In this document: piece after piece, positions 18,594 through 27,103 of the stretch
How positions within the stretch are numbered: the stretch's first letter is position 1
Layout of the letters: every line of letters begins with the position of its first letter
Source of the DNA: Candidatus Lokiarchaeum ossiferum
GTDB lineage: Archaea; Asgardarchaeota; Lokiarchaeia; Sigyniarchaeales; Promethearchaeaceae
Direction of reading: 5' to 3'
Assembly: GCA_025839675.1 (NCBI GenBank)
Contig: CP104013.1
Span: 5,100,001 to 5,132,000, forward strand
DNA: 32,000 bases
Made by a program: the position numbers and the translations under genes
The notes under the pieces: generated by a model
Database searches by the model: none
Told to the model about the DNA's origin: nothing
Seen by the model: the letters and a program-made list of their open reading frames with translations, nothing else

Positions 18594-19161
18594 ATAACAA
18601 TAATGGTTAAGTTAAGTTGGAAGTGATTCATTAAAAATTTTTTGAAACAGAAATCTCAATGGATTTTAAAGGTCAAATTCATACCCTTATCGAAAAAAAA
18701 AACTAAACTTGTTAATTAACTTCTCTCACTTGTATTTCGATTACAAATGTAGGTGAATTAATCATTCAAATCAAAAAATATCGCACAATTTCATAAAAAA
18801 ACAATGAAGGCTATACAAACACGTTCAAATCTCGAAATTGAATCCGTGTAAATCTTTTTTTTATTTAAAAGTGCTTTAGGTGTTGAAAAAGAATTTACTG
18901 TTTTTCTAACCCATTTTATTTCATCTTTGAGCCAAATAGACCTTCGGACATGGTACCCCGTTAGTACCAGTTGGAGTACCTTATCCAATAATGATTAACC
19001 TTCGTATAATAAAAAGTCTTAGAAACTTTCTATGTCCAAAATAGAAGGATTTCTTTAAATAATGTATTTAAATAAATAAGCTCCAATCAATGCTTCTTAT
19101 GAAGCCGAACGACTTAAAAACCCCGACATCATAGTAAGGATTAAAGTCATAAATTTAATTT

Positions 19162-19341
19162 ATGAGAAAAAAAGTTGGTTGTATGGAACAAAATAATTCA
19201 TTTATTGTCAAAAAATTACCTGATTTGCCTCATCTCGATGGATTGTACAATGTAAAGATTGATACTGCAAATTACATTGTAGACAAAGAAAACTTATTAA
19301 AATTGAGAACTGAAATAGACAAGATTTTAACAAATTTATAG
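19162..19341 (+). CDS. Possible small ORF (59 aa), hypothetical
   Basis: ATG-initiated ORF MRKKVGCMEQNNSFIVKKLPDLPHLDGLYNVKIDTANYIVDKENLLKLRTEIDKILTNL, just below the ORF-track size cutoff. It lies in an otherwise empty 880-bp region and has non-repetitive composition. Confidence 0.25.
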   Translation: MRKKVGCMEQNNSFIVKKLPDLPHLDGLYNVKIDTANYIVDKENLLKLRTEIDKILTNL

Positions 19342-19492
19342 ATTTTATTTATTTGGCTTGAATATTTAGGGTTTGGTTTATATTCCCTTTTTTATTTAAC
19401 TTACAATTTGAAAATATCTTTACATAACAAATACCTTATATACATTTTTGAGAATCGCGTTTATAAGATAATATTTGGAATTAGTAATTGGG

Positions 19493-20185
19493 ATGCGAGA
19501 AGCAATAAAAAAAAGAGTAATGGTTTTTTTTGAAAATATTAGAAATCAGGTTTCAAAAAAAGAAAGGTGGGCATTGGCTGGTTCATCCATATTTTTGAGT
19601 GTTCTTGTTCTTACACGGTACAATGTAGAACATACTGAAGCTTATATAATTGTTTTACCTCTGTTTTTAATTTTTGGTGGATTATGTATTCTTGGATTAA
19701 ATACAAAAAATAAAAATCTTAGCAATGAAGTTCAATCAGAGAATCTATATTGGAAAAGTGGAAGAGTCTTGTGGTATGGCGGATTTATCTATTTAGGAAT
19801 ATTAATTCTCCGATTATTCTTGACTGTAAACAACTTTTCATATCTATTCACTTTGAAAGCAAATGAATTCCTTCTATTTATCATAGTTTGTATTTCCGGT
19901 TTAGTAGAAGAATTTTTTTTCAGAAAAGGGATTCTCAAATTGGCCCTTCCCATAGAAAATCATCGGAAAACGATTAATGGGCTGATTTTCTTCCAATCTT
20001 TAATGTGGACTGCCTTTCATTTTCAATATTATGATCGACCTTTGAGTTTATTGGTTGTTTTTATTATGGGGTTATATTATGGCTTTCTTTATTCATACTC
20101 TCAAGATTTTTGGAAGCCTGCATTATTACATGCCTTAACGAATATCATTGGATTAATTTACAATTTTTCCATTTATCTCCAGTAA
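19493..20185 (+). CDS. CPBP family (CAAX/Abi-type) intramembrane glutamic protease
   Basis: Motif 1 EEFFFRKGIL (EExxxR), motif 2 WTAFHF (FxxxH), motif 3 LLHALTNII (HxxxN), with multiple TM helices. ATG 19493 is preferred over TTG 19475 because TTTATAAG at 19460-19467 lies about 29 bp upstream. Confidence 0.8.
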   Translation: MREAIKKRVMVFFENIRNQVSKKERWALAGSSIFLSVLVLTRYNVEHTEAYIIVLPLFLIFGGLCILGLNTKNKNLSNEVQSENLYWKSGRVLWYGGFIYLGILILRLFLTVNNFSYLFTLKANEFLLFIIVCISGLVEEFFFRKGILKLALPIENHRKTINGLIFFQSLMWTAFHFQYYDRPLSLLVVFIMGLYYGFLYSYSQDFWKPALLHALTNIIGLIYNFSIYLQ

Positions 20186-20239
20186 TAAAACGCGGAAACG
20201 AATATATTTAAGGTAGATGTCATTACAATTTTCTAACCC

Positions 20240-21700
20240 ATGGATCAAGGTCAAGTTAATATATCTTCCCGTGAATTCTTTAATATTTTGATTGTGGAAG
20301 ACAATCCCGATGATGCTGAACTTCTTATACGGTTTTTAAAGAAACATGGGTTTCACTTTAATCACTTAGTTGTTGATACATTTCAAAAGTTTCAAAATGA
20401 ATTGCACCATCAGACTTGGGATCTGATATTATCAGATTATAATCTTCCGACATTTTCAGGTATTGATGCGCTTACGTTTTTACAAAGTACTGCAATTGAT
20501 ATTCCTTTCATCTTGATTTCTGGAAATATTGGAGAAGATGCTGCAGTTGAGGCAATGGTGGCTGGTGCCCAAGACTATATTATGAAAGATAATCTAATTC
20601 GACTAATTCCTGCAATAAAACGGGAATTAAAAGAGGCATCCATCCGTAGAAATTTGAAGAATGCTGAGAATGAGATCGTTCATAAAAATGCCATTATTCG
20701 GCAGGGTGAAGAAAATTATCGCCTTATTTTTGAAAACTCTCCTGTTGGCATTTGTTATTATGATACCCAAGGTTTAATTCTTGCTTGTAATAGTATGCTG
20801 TCAATTATTGTGCAAAAATCCCGAAAAGAAATGCTTGCAATGAATCTAATGGATGCTCCCCTAAATCTAAGCATAAAAGATAAAATACTCACGTCATTAG
20901 AAGGGAATTTAGAACAATTTGAGGGACATATTGGGGAAAATAAAAAGAAAAATACACCATTTGTACGAATAGATTTTGTTCCTATGTTTGAGGAAGATTC
21001 AACTAAAATTGTTGGAGGTGTTTCAATCTGGCAGAATATTTCGACTCAGCATCAATATGAAATAAAATTGAAGTCTTCTTTGAAAGAGAAAGATGTTTTG
21101 CTACGGGAAATTCATCATCGTGTAAAAAATAACTTGCAAATTATATCTAGCTTTATCGTTCTTCAACAGAAATATATTAAAGATGATAAAATGCGACTAA
21201 TCTATCGTGATTTTCAAAGTCGTATCAATTCTATGGCTCTAATTCATGAACATTTATATAAAATGGATAACTTGGATAGAATTTCCTTTGAGCAATATGT
21301 GAAAAAGTTATTAAAGGACTTGCTTCAAACCTATGGAAATAAAACAGTTAAAATCACATCCTCAGTTAAAATTACTGATCTGAACTTGGAATTAAATACC
21401 GCTTTCAATTGTGCATTGCTTATTAATGAGATAATCACTAATGCACTCTCCCATGCTTTTACAGATAAACAAACAGGACGGATTTCAATTGAAATGAAAA
21501 AGCTCAAGGAGTCTCAAATGTTATTACAGATCAAAGACAATGGGATTGGCATTCCCAAGGATATAAATATAGAGAACCCAATTTCTATGGGCTTGACGTT
21601 AATCAATGCTTTTGTAAAACAAATGAATGGGACGATAAAGGTCAAAAATGATCATGGAACTACCATAAAAATTGTCTTTCAAATAAAAAAATCATTTTGA
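20240..21700 (+). CDS. Hybrid signal-transduction histidine kinase: REC - PAS - HisKA_2 - HATPase_c
   Basis: N-terminal receiver (ILIVEDNPDDAELL..., phospho-acceptor region LILSDYNLP, ..ISG.., ..KD), PAS-like ENYRLIFENSPVGICYYD, H-box EIHHRVKNNLQIISS (HisKA_2 type), ATPase N/G boxes (INEIITNALSHAF, IKDNGIGIP, GLTLI). Confidence 0.9.
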   Translation: MDQGQVNISSREFFNILIVEDNPDDAELLIRFLKKHGFHFNHLVVDTFQKFQNELHHQTWDLILSDYNLPTFSGIDALTFLQSTAIDIPFILISGNIGEDAAVEAMVAGAQDYIMKDNLIRLIPAIKRELKEASIRRNLKNAENEIVHKNAIIRQGEENYRLIFENSPVGICYYDTQGLILACNSMLSIIVQKSRKEMLAMNLMDAPLNLSIKDKILTSLEGNLEQFEGHIGENKKKNTPFVRIDFVPMFEEDSTKIVGGVSIWQNISTQHQYEIKLKSSLKEKDVLLREIHHRVKNNLQIISSFIVLQQKYIKDDKMRLIYRDFQSRINSMALIHEHLYKMDNLDRISFEQYVKKLLKDLLQTYGNKTVKITSSVKITDLNLELNTAFNCALLINEIITNALSHAFTDKQTGRISIEMKKLKESQMLLQIKDNGIGIPKDINIENPISMGLTLINAFVKQMNGTIKVKNDHGTTIKIVFQIKKSF

Positions 21701-22474
21701 GTGAATTTTTTTCACAATAAGCGCTGCCATTGTCGCAGCACCAAATCCATTGTTGATATTTACGACCGAAATTCCCGGAGAACATGATTGCAGCATGGTT
21801 GTAAGTGCACCCTTTCCTTTTTCGCCTAGTCCATACCCTGTCGAGGTCGGGACTCCAATTACTGGGATGTCTACTAAGGATGAAACGACGCCGGGCAAAG
21901 TACCTTCCATCCCCGCAAAAACTATCAAAACATCAGTGTGGGCTTTAATCATTTTTTTTAGGGGGGGAAAAATACGATGCATTCCAGCAATTCCCACGTC
22001 GTAGGATGGTAATGTTTGATACCCCATGGCTTTTAAAACAACATTTGCTTCTTCTGCAACAGGGATGTCTGATGTTCCCGCAGTAATCAACCCAATTAAC
22101 CCAGGATTCTCTGGTTTTTTATACTCTTGTTTCGCAATAAAAATTACTTTTCCTTGATAGTTAGGTTGATATTGAATATTGGAATGGGATTTATATTGAG
22201 CATCCAAAACCGAGAATTGTTCTTTAGTAACACGGGTTAAAATAGCATAGCCACTTTTCTCCATCATGTGAGCTGTGATCTTTTGCAACATTTCCACAGA
22301 TTTACTCTCAGCGAAAATAACCTCTGGGATACCAGTACGACTTTTTCGGAATAAGTCAAGTTGGGCCAACTCATCAATTTCGTTCAAATAATTGAGTTTT
22401 AAAATTTCCTCAGCTTGATCAACGGTGATTTTATTAGCTTCCAGATCCTTTAAGATATCCCTTAATTCTTTCAT
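21692..22474 (-). CDS. larB: LarB-type NCAIR mutase (PurE)-related protein (nickel-pincer cofactor biosynthesis carboxylase/hydrolase)
   Basis: 260 aa. PurE-like core GLITAGTSDIPVAEEA, VGIAGMHR, VFAGMEGTLPGVVSSLVDIPVIGVPTSTGYG, preceded by the N-terminal domain of about 110 aa typical of LarB. Its 3' end overlaps the convergent kinase gene by 9 bp. Confidence 0.85.
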   Translation of the reverse strand: MKELRDILKDLEANKITVDQAEEILKLNYLNEIDELAQLDLFRKSRTGIPEVIFAESKSVEMLQKITAHMMEKSGYAILTRVTKEQFSVLDAQYKSHSNIQYQPNYQGKVIFIAKQEYKKPENPGLIGLITAGTSDIPVAEEANVVLKAMGYQTLPSYDVGIAGMHRIFPPLKKMIKAHTDVLIVFAGMEGTLPGVVSSLVDIPVIGVPTSTGYGLGEKGKGALTTMLQSCSPGISVVNINNGFGAATMAALIVKKIHSK

Positions 22475-22536
22475 AAATTATACCCTAGGGTAAATAGTAA
22501 TCGGTAATATAATAATCTTAAGAACCTCATGTAAAA

Positions 22537-23589
22537 TCAGTCCTTAGGAGATGTTTTTTTCTGTTGATTAATGCGGGTTTGGATAGATGAATATAATTTT
22601 CCTGTTAACTTCAAAGTTTCCAAAGTATTACTTAATATTTTGAGTTGGTTCAATTTTTTCTTGGATTTTATCGGATCTATATCTACTTCTAAGGTTTCAA
22701 TTAATTCAACTAAAGTTTTGATAGAATGATCATAGTGTGGGAGTAAAATTGGTGGTTTTGGAACATAATTTGGAACTTTTTCTATCGTCTGGATGATGAT
22801 CTCTTTTCGAGGGTATTTTTCATAACCATATCCTTCCACCCCCAAAAGACGAGTTGCTGCTAGTGTTGTCCCTGTTCCTAAAAATGGATCCAAAATTCGG
22901 GTTGCTCCAGGCACACATTTAATACATCGATATGGGAGACCAAGAGGGAATGGGGCATCATGTCCTTTTTTTACCGATGCACCAGTGGTTTTTTCATAAC
23001 AAATATGCCAAACATTACCTGCATCTCGCATATCTACTTCTCCATAACGTCCTACATTGGACTTATCTGCGTACGGTATCCCAATAGCCTTTGGATTAAG
23101 TTTGTAAGCTCTAGCATTTTTTGCGAACATATACACATGCTCCCAAATATTGTTGAATCGACGATTTCCTCCAGAAGGGGTATAATGTCCCTTTCCATAG
23201 ATCGATTTAATCCATATAATATCTTGAACTCGATGCCAACCGGCATTGACTGCAGATTGTGCCACTTTTTCGGAAATTCCTTGATCTTGAGCTGAATCTC
23301 CAATATTAAGAAAAAAAAGTGCTTTTTCCTTTGAAACTCGAAAACATTCTTTCCATACGGCCGTTAGAAAGGATAAATAATCTTCTTCTGGCATATTATC
23401 ATCATAAAACTGGTTATCATCAGCTGAATAGTTTTTCCCGCGGTTATAGGGGGGAGATGTGATTATCAGATCAATAAAATCATCTGGAATTTCATCCATC
23501 TGCTCTGAAGATTTAAAAAAAATTTTTTGGTTATCAATTTCAATTTCTTCCCGTTCAACTGATTGACCGTTATTATTTCTTGTTGGCAT
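22537..23589 (-). CDS. DNA methyltransferase, N4-cytosine/N6-adenine family (beta-class motif order)
   Basis: Catalytic motif IV IITSPPYNRGKNY lies near the N-terminus, and SAM motif I ILDPFLGTGTTLAAT lies about 190 aa downstream (order IV then I, i.e. beta class). A C-terminal region of about 90 aa has unknown function. No nuclease gene is adjacent. Confidence 0.9.
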   Translation of the reverse strand: MPTRNNNGQSVEREEIEIDNQKIFFKSSEQMDEIPDDFIDLIITSPPYNRGKNYSADDNQFYDDNMPEEDYLSFLTAVWKECFRVSKEKALFFLNIGDSAQDQGISEKVAQSAVNAGWHRVQDIIWIKSIYGKGHYTPSGGNRRFNNIWEHVYMFAKNARAYKLNPKAIGIPYADKSNVGRYGEVDMRDAGNVWHICYEKTTGASVKKGHDAPFPLGLPYRCIKCVPGATRILDPFLGTGTTLAATRLLGVEGYGYEKYPRKEIIIQTIEKVPNYVPKPPILLPHYDHSIKTLVELIETLEVDIDPIKSKKKLNQLKILSNTLETLKLTGKLYSSIQTRINQQKKTSPKD

Positions 23590-23740
23590 CTTCTAGGGTA
23601 TATTAAATTCCACATGAAATGAATTTATTGGTTTCAGTTTCGAACTAAATTTTCGGGAAAAATGGATATTTATGGTAACATTCTAAAAAAAAATCCAAAA
23701 AAAAAGTGAAAGGTGAATTTTAAAAGTGTAACTGGAGGAA

Positions 23741-25279
23741 ATGAACTTGCACATGAGCTATTTTGAAGAGAAAAATATTAGAAATATCGTTAATAAATTT
23801 CATGAAGGATTAATCTTCGTGGACCGGGAAGGAAAAGTTCAATTTATTAATCACATTGGGGAGAAAATCACGGGGTGGACGGAAAATTTAGCAAAGGGTA
23901 AGGCGATTGTTGATGTATTCCGAATTTTTAATGAAAAAACAAATATCCAATATGTTAATTTGACCAATGATATTTTAAATACAGATATTCCTTACGAAAT
24001 TACCAATCCAATAATTCTTCGCTCACGAAATCACCAAGAAAAAGATTTAATATGTCGTTTTTCCCTCTTACAAGATAAAAATTCTACCATTACAGGTTAT
24101 CTAATTTATTTCACTGATATTACTGAAAAGAAAAAATTTGAACGGGAGTTCCAAAATGCGTTACGATTGAATTCTTTAGGAAAATTATCCAGTGGGATTG
24201 CTCATGATTTTAACAATGTGCTTACAACCATTTTAGGAAATATTAGTTTAGCTAAATTGGATGTGTCGGAAGAAGAAGAAATTTTCTCACTTCTAACAGA
24301 AGCGGAATTGGGGATTGAAAAAGCACGAATTATGACTCAACAGCTTCTTTCATTCTCCAATGATGGTGTTTCTGCTAAAGAAACTATTGATATTGCTCAT
24401 ATTTTACAAGAATTTGTTTCGTTCACCTTATCTGGTAGTAATGTCACTTGTGAATACCTCATTGCTGATGATTTATGGAACATTGAAGTGGATAAAACAC
24501 AAATCAATCAAGTAATTCATAATGTCGTCATTAATGCGGTTCAAGCAATGCCTATTGGTGGAACGATTAATATTGAAGCCCATAATGTGCAAATTCCTTC
24601 CGAGAATTCATTTAATGTTCCTGAAGGAAATTTTATCCGAATTGTTATTCAAGATCATGGAATCGGAATTGATCCTGTTGATCTTCCCCATCTCTTTGAT
24701 CCATTTTATCAATCAAATTTAACCGGTAAAGGTATGGGGTTGACTGTAGTGCACGACATTATTGTTCAACATGGTGGATTTATTTCTATTGATTCGGAAT
24801 TAGATGTGGGGACGACAGTTATTTTTTATCTTCCAGCAGTTGAATCTAAAGTTGCTGCTCCTCTAAAAGAACATGCTACTTCGTCACCACACTCTGGAAA
24901 AGTGTTAATTATGGATGATGAAGATGTAATCCGAAGAGTTTTAGGGAAAATGCTCAAACAACTAGGTTACCTTCCAACTGCTGTGGCCAATGGGGATGAT
25001 GCCATCCAAATTTATCAAGAAAATATGGCTAAAGGAACTCCCTTTTCCGCAGTGATTCTCGATCTTACTATACGAGGTGGGATGGGGGGTGAAGAAACTG
25101 TGAAACGGTTACTTCAGATCGATCCAAAATTGAAAGCCATTGCATCAAGTGGATATTCAACGGATAAAATAATGACAAATTTCTCCGATTTCGGTTTCTC
25201 GGGGACCTTAATCAAACCCTACAAAGTAAAGGAACTTGAAGATACTCTTGCGGATCTATTTGACGCTTTTTCTACATAA
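23741..25279 (+). CDS. Hybrid sensor histidine kinase: PAS - HisKA - HATPase_c - REC
   Basis: PAS (FHEGLIFVDREGKVQFINHIGEKITGW), H-box SSGIAHDFNNVLTTILGNISLA, N box VIHNVVINAVQAM, G boxes IQDHGIGI / GKGMGL, C-terminal receiver (VLIMDDEDVIRRVL, VILDLTIRGGMGG, ASSGYS, IKPY). Confidence 0.9.
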   Translation: MNLHMSYFEEKNIRNIVNKFHEGLIFVDREGKVQFINHIGEKITGWTENLAKGKAIVDVFRIFNEKTNIQYVNLTNDILNTDIPYEITNPIILRSRNHQEKDLICRFSLLQDKNSTITGYLIYFTDITEKKKFEREFQNALRLNSLGKLSSGIAHDFNNVLTTILGNISLAKLDVSEEEEIFSLLTEAELGIEKARIMTQQLLSFSNDGVSAKETIDIAHILQEFVSFTLSGSNVTCEYLIADDLWNIEVDKTQINQVIHNVVINAVQAMPIGGTINIEAHNVQIPSENSFNVPEGNFIRIVIQDHGIGIDPVDLPHLFDPFYQSNLTGKGMGLTVVHDIIVQHGGFISIDSELDVGTTVIFYLPAVESKVAAPLKEHATSSPHSGKVLIMDDEDVIRRVLGKMLKQLGYLPTAVANGDDAIQIYQENMAKGTPFSAVILDLTIRGGMGGEETVKRLLQIDPKLKAIASSGYSTDKIMTNFSDFGFSGTLIKPYKVKELEDTLADLFDAFST

Positions 25280-25292
25280 TAATTTCTAATTT

Positions 25293-26411
25293 TTAATTTT
25301 CTTCTTTTTTCTTCAAAAAAGAAAGAAGAGTTGTTTGATTTGAATCCAATTTTTCTTTGAGGTTCGAAAATCGAAGCCCAATGAGTCGAACATTTTTTGG
25401 ATGGGTTCGAAATTCCTCCAATAACTCACGAATGATTTGAAATGCCTTTGTTTCATTTCGAGTATAAGATTGAAATGATTTCGCACGAGTATATGTGTCA
25501 AATCCTTGAAATCTTATCTTGATCGATATGGTTCGATAATAAATTTCTTTTTCCTTAATGATATCATGGAGTTTATGATTTAAGCTTGAAATTTTCTCAA
25601 TAATTATGTCATAATTTTGAACATCTGAGGAAAAAGTACGTTCTTTTGAAATTGATTTTCTTTCGCTATAATGATCTTCATCATGCACTTTTCGACCATC
25701 CTTTCCATGCGCTGCCTTCCAAGCCCATTCACCTCTCCGTTGTCCAAATATCGCAATCATTTTGTGAATTGGTGTTTGATGAATATCTCCAATGGTGGTA
25801 AAACCTCGTTTTTCATAATAAGTCAAAGATTTTTTTCCAATACCTGGAATTCGAGTAATTTTTAATGGACCTAGGATCTCTTTGTAATTTTGGGGGGTTA
25901 TTACTGTAATTCCATTGGGTTTATTTACATCTGAGCCAATTTTTGCAAGAGTTTTTGAAAAAGATACTCCAATTGAACAAGTAACTCCGGTTTCTCGTTG
26001 GACTTTATCCTTAATCTCTTGGGCTAATTGTTTCGCTTCCTGAAAAGAATTACATCGGTCGGTCATGTCAAGATAAGCTTCATCAATGGATACTTGTTCG
26101 ATTTGATTATATTTGCGAAAAACTGCCATCACTTTGTTGGAGATCTCCTTAATTCTTCCAAATACTGGACGGGTGTAAATACCTGACGGACATCGTTCCC
26201 ATGCTTGAGAGATGGGCATACCTGAATGAATTCCGAAGGCACGAGCTTCATATGAACATGTTGAAACTACCCCTCTCCCTTTTCCATGGCGTGGGTTCGC
26301 TCCAACGATTAAGGGGACTCCAATATATTCTGGATGATCGAGTAAAACTACACTCGCAAAAAAAGAGTCTAGATCAGCTAAAAAAATAAATTTTTGTGGT
26401 TCATCAATCAT
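25293..26411 (-). CDS. dinB: Y-family DNA polymerase (DinB/Dpo4-type translesion polymerase)
   Basis: FLADLDSFFASV, VVSTCSYEARAFGIHSGMP, SIDEAYLDMT, and GIGKKSLTYYEKRGFTTIGD (HhH of the thumb domain). Confidence 0.93.
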   Translation of the reverse strand: MIDEPQKFIFLADLDSFFASVVLLDHPEYIGVPLIVGANPRHGKGRGVVSTCSYEARAFGIHSGMPISQAWERCPSGIYTRPVFGRIKEISNKVMAVFRKYNQIEQVSIDEAYLDMTDRCNSFQEAKQLAQEIKDKVQRETGVTCSIGVSFSKTLAKIGSDVNKPNGITVITPQNYKEILGPLKITRIPGIGKKSLTYYEKRGFTTIGDIHQTPIHKMIAIFGQRRGEWAWKAAHGKDGRKVHDEDHYSERKSISKERTFSSDVQNYDIIIEKISSLNHKLHDIIKEKEIYYRTISIKIRFQGFDTYTRAKSFQSYTRNETKAFQIIRELLEEFRTHPKNVRLIGLRFSNLKEKLDSNQTTLLSFLKKKEEN

Positions 26412-26596
26412 CCTATTTAATTAAAACCAAGAGCATATTTAAAAAATCAGAGCAAGGAAGCATTATAAATTTTTATCTAAGAAATACCATCGGTTTTTGT
26501 CTATAATATAGAGTTTCATTTTTGAATTTTATCAACCTTTCAAACTCACCAAACTTATTAAGTAAAAAACTTCAACGAAGAATTAGTGATGAAAAA

Positions 26597-27076
26597 ATGA
26601 AATTTTGGATTATGCATGATACCAATTTTGGTAATGGCAAGCTCCTGGCGGAGACCATGAGTGCAGTTTGTTCGGAAAACCACGAAGTAAGAATTGGGGA
26701 TATTAAAAAAGTATCTGTTGAAGAAATTATAAATGATATGCCCGATGTTCTAATTCTTGGAGCGGCTATACGAATGTTCCAAGGGGGTCCACTTTCAAAG
26801 AAATGGTTAAAAAAATTGGACAATGAACTTGAAAAGTCCAATAAATCTATAAGATATGGTGCGGGGTTCATAACTCATGGCCTTCCTTCTAACAAAATTC
26901 AAGGGTGGGTCAAACGATATATGAATAAACTTAAAAAGGCTCAGAATGTTCGGGAGATTTATTTCCCTTGTTTTACGGGTCAAGTTGAAGGGCAAGAAGG
27001 TCCATTTAAAGATGGGGTATTAGAACAAGCAAAAAAGTTTGTAGAAGAATTTCAAAACTGGATGCAAGAGTCTTAA
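26597..27076 (+). CDS. Flavodoxin-like fold protein
   Basis: From ATG 26597: MKFWIMHDTNFGNGKLLAETMSAV resembles the flavodoxin N-terminal phosphate-binding loop pattern (I.Y.S..GNT...AE.i). LILGAAIRMF is a second beta-alpha unit. The ORF-track start at TTG 26522 adds 25 poorly supported residues. Confidence 0.55.
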   Translation: MKFWIMHDTNFGNGKLLAETMSAVCSENHEVRIGDIKKVSVEEIINDMPDVLILGAAIRMFQGGPLSKKWLKKLDNELEKSNKSIRYGAGFITHGLPSNKIQGWVKRYMNKLKKAQNVREIYFPCFTGQVEGQEGPFKDGVLEQAKKFVEEFQNWMQES

Positions 27077-27103
27077 AAATGCCGGTATTTTTTTTCCTAA
27101 ATT

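Noticed and set aside
16250-18600. Integrated element bounded by a repeat of the tRNA-Val 3' half
   Set aside because: I looked for a second copy of GGAATTGAACC / GGTTCAATTCC-containing sequence in the window and found none. No integrase motifs were seen. The element remains only a weak possibility and is listed as a low-confidence finding.
18791-18988. 65-aa minus-strand ORF
   Set aside because: It has only a TTG start, no motif, and lies in a low-information AT-rich region. It is most likely non-coding.
18930-19010. tRNA-like D-arm (GTAC-CAGTTGGA-GTAC) and a TGGTAC-CCCGTTA-GTACCA hairpin, considered as a second tRNA or tRNA remnant
   Set aside because: The putative anticodon arm has a mismatch and lacks U33. 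No T-arm (GTTCRANYC) or matching acceptor 3' strand follows, so it does not fold as a cloverleaf.
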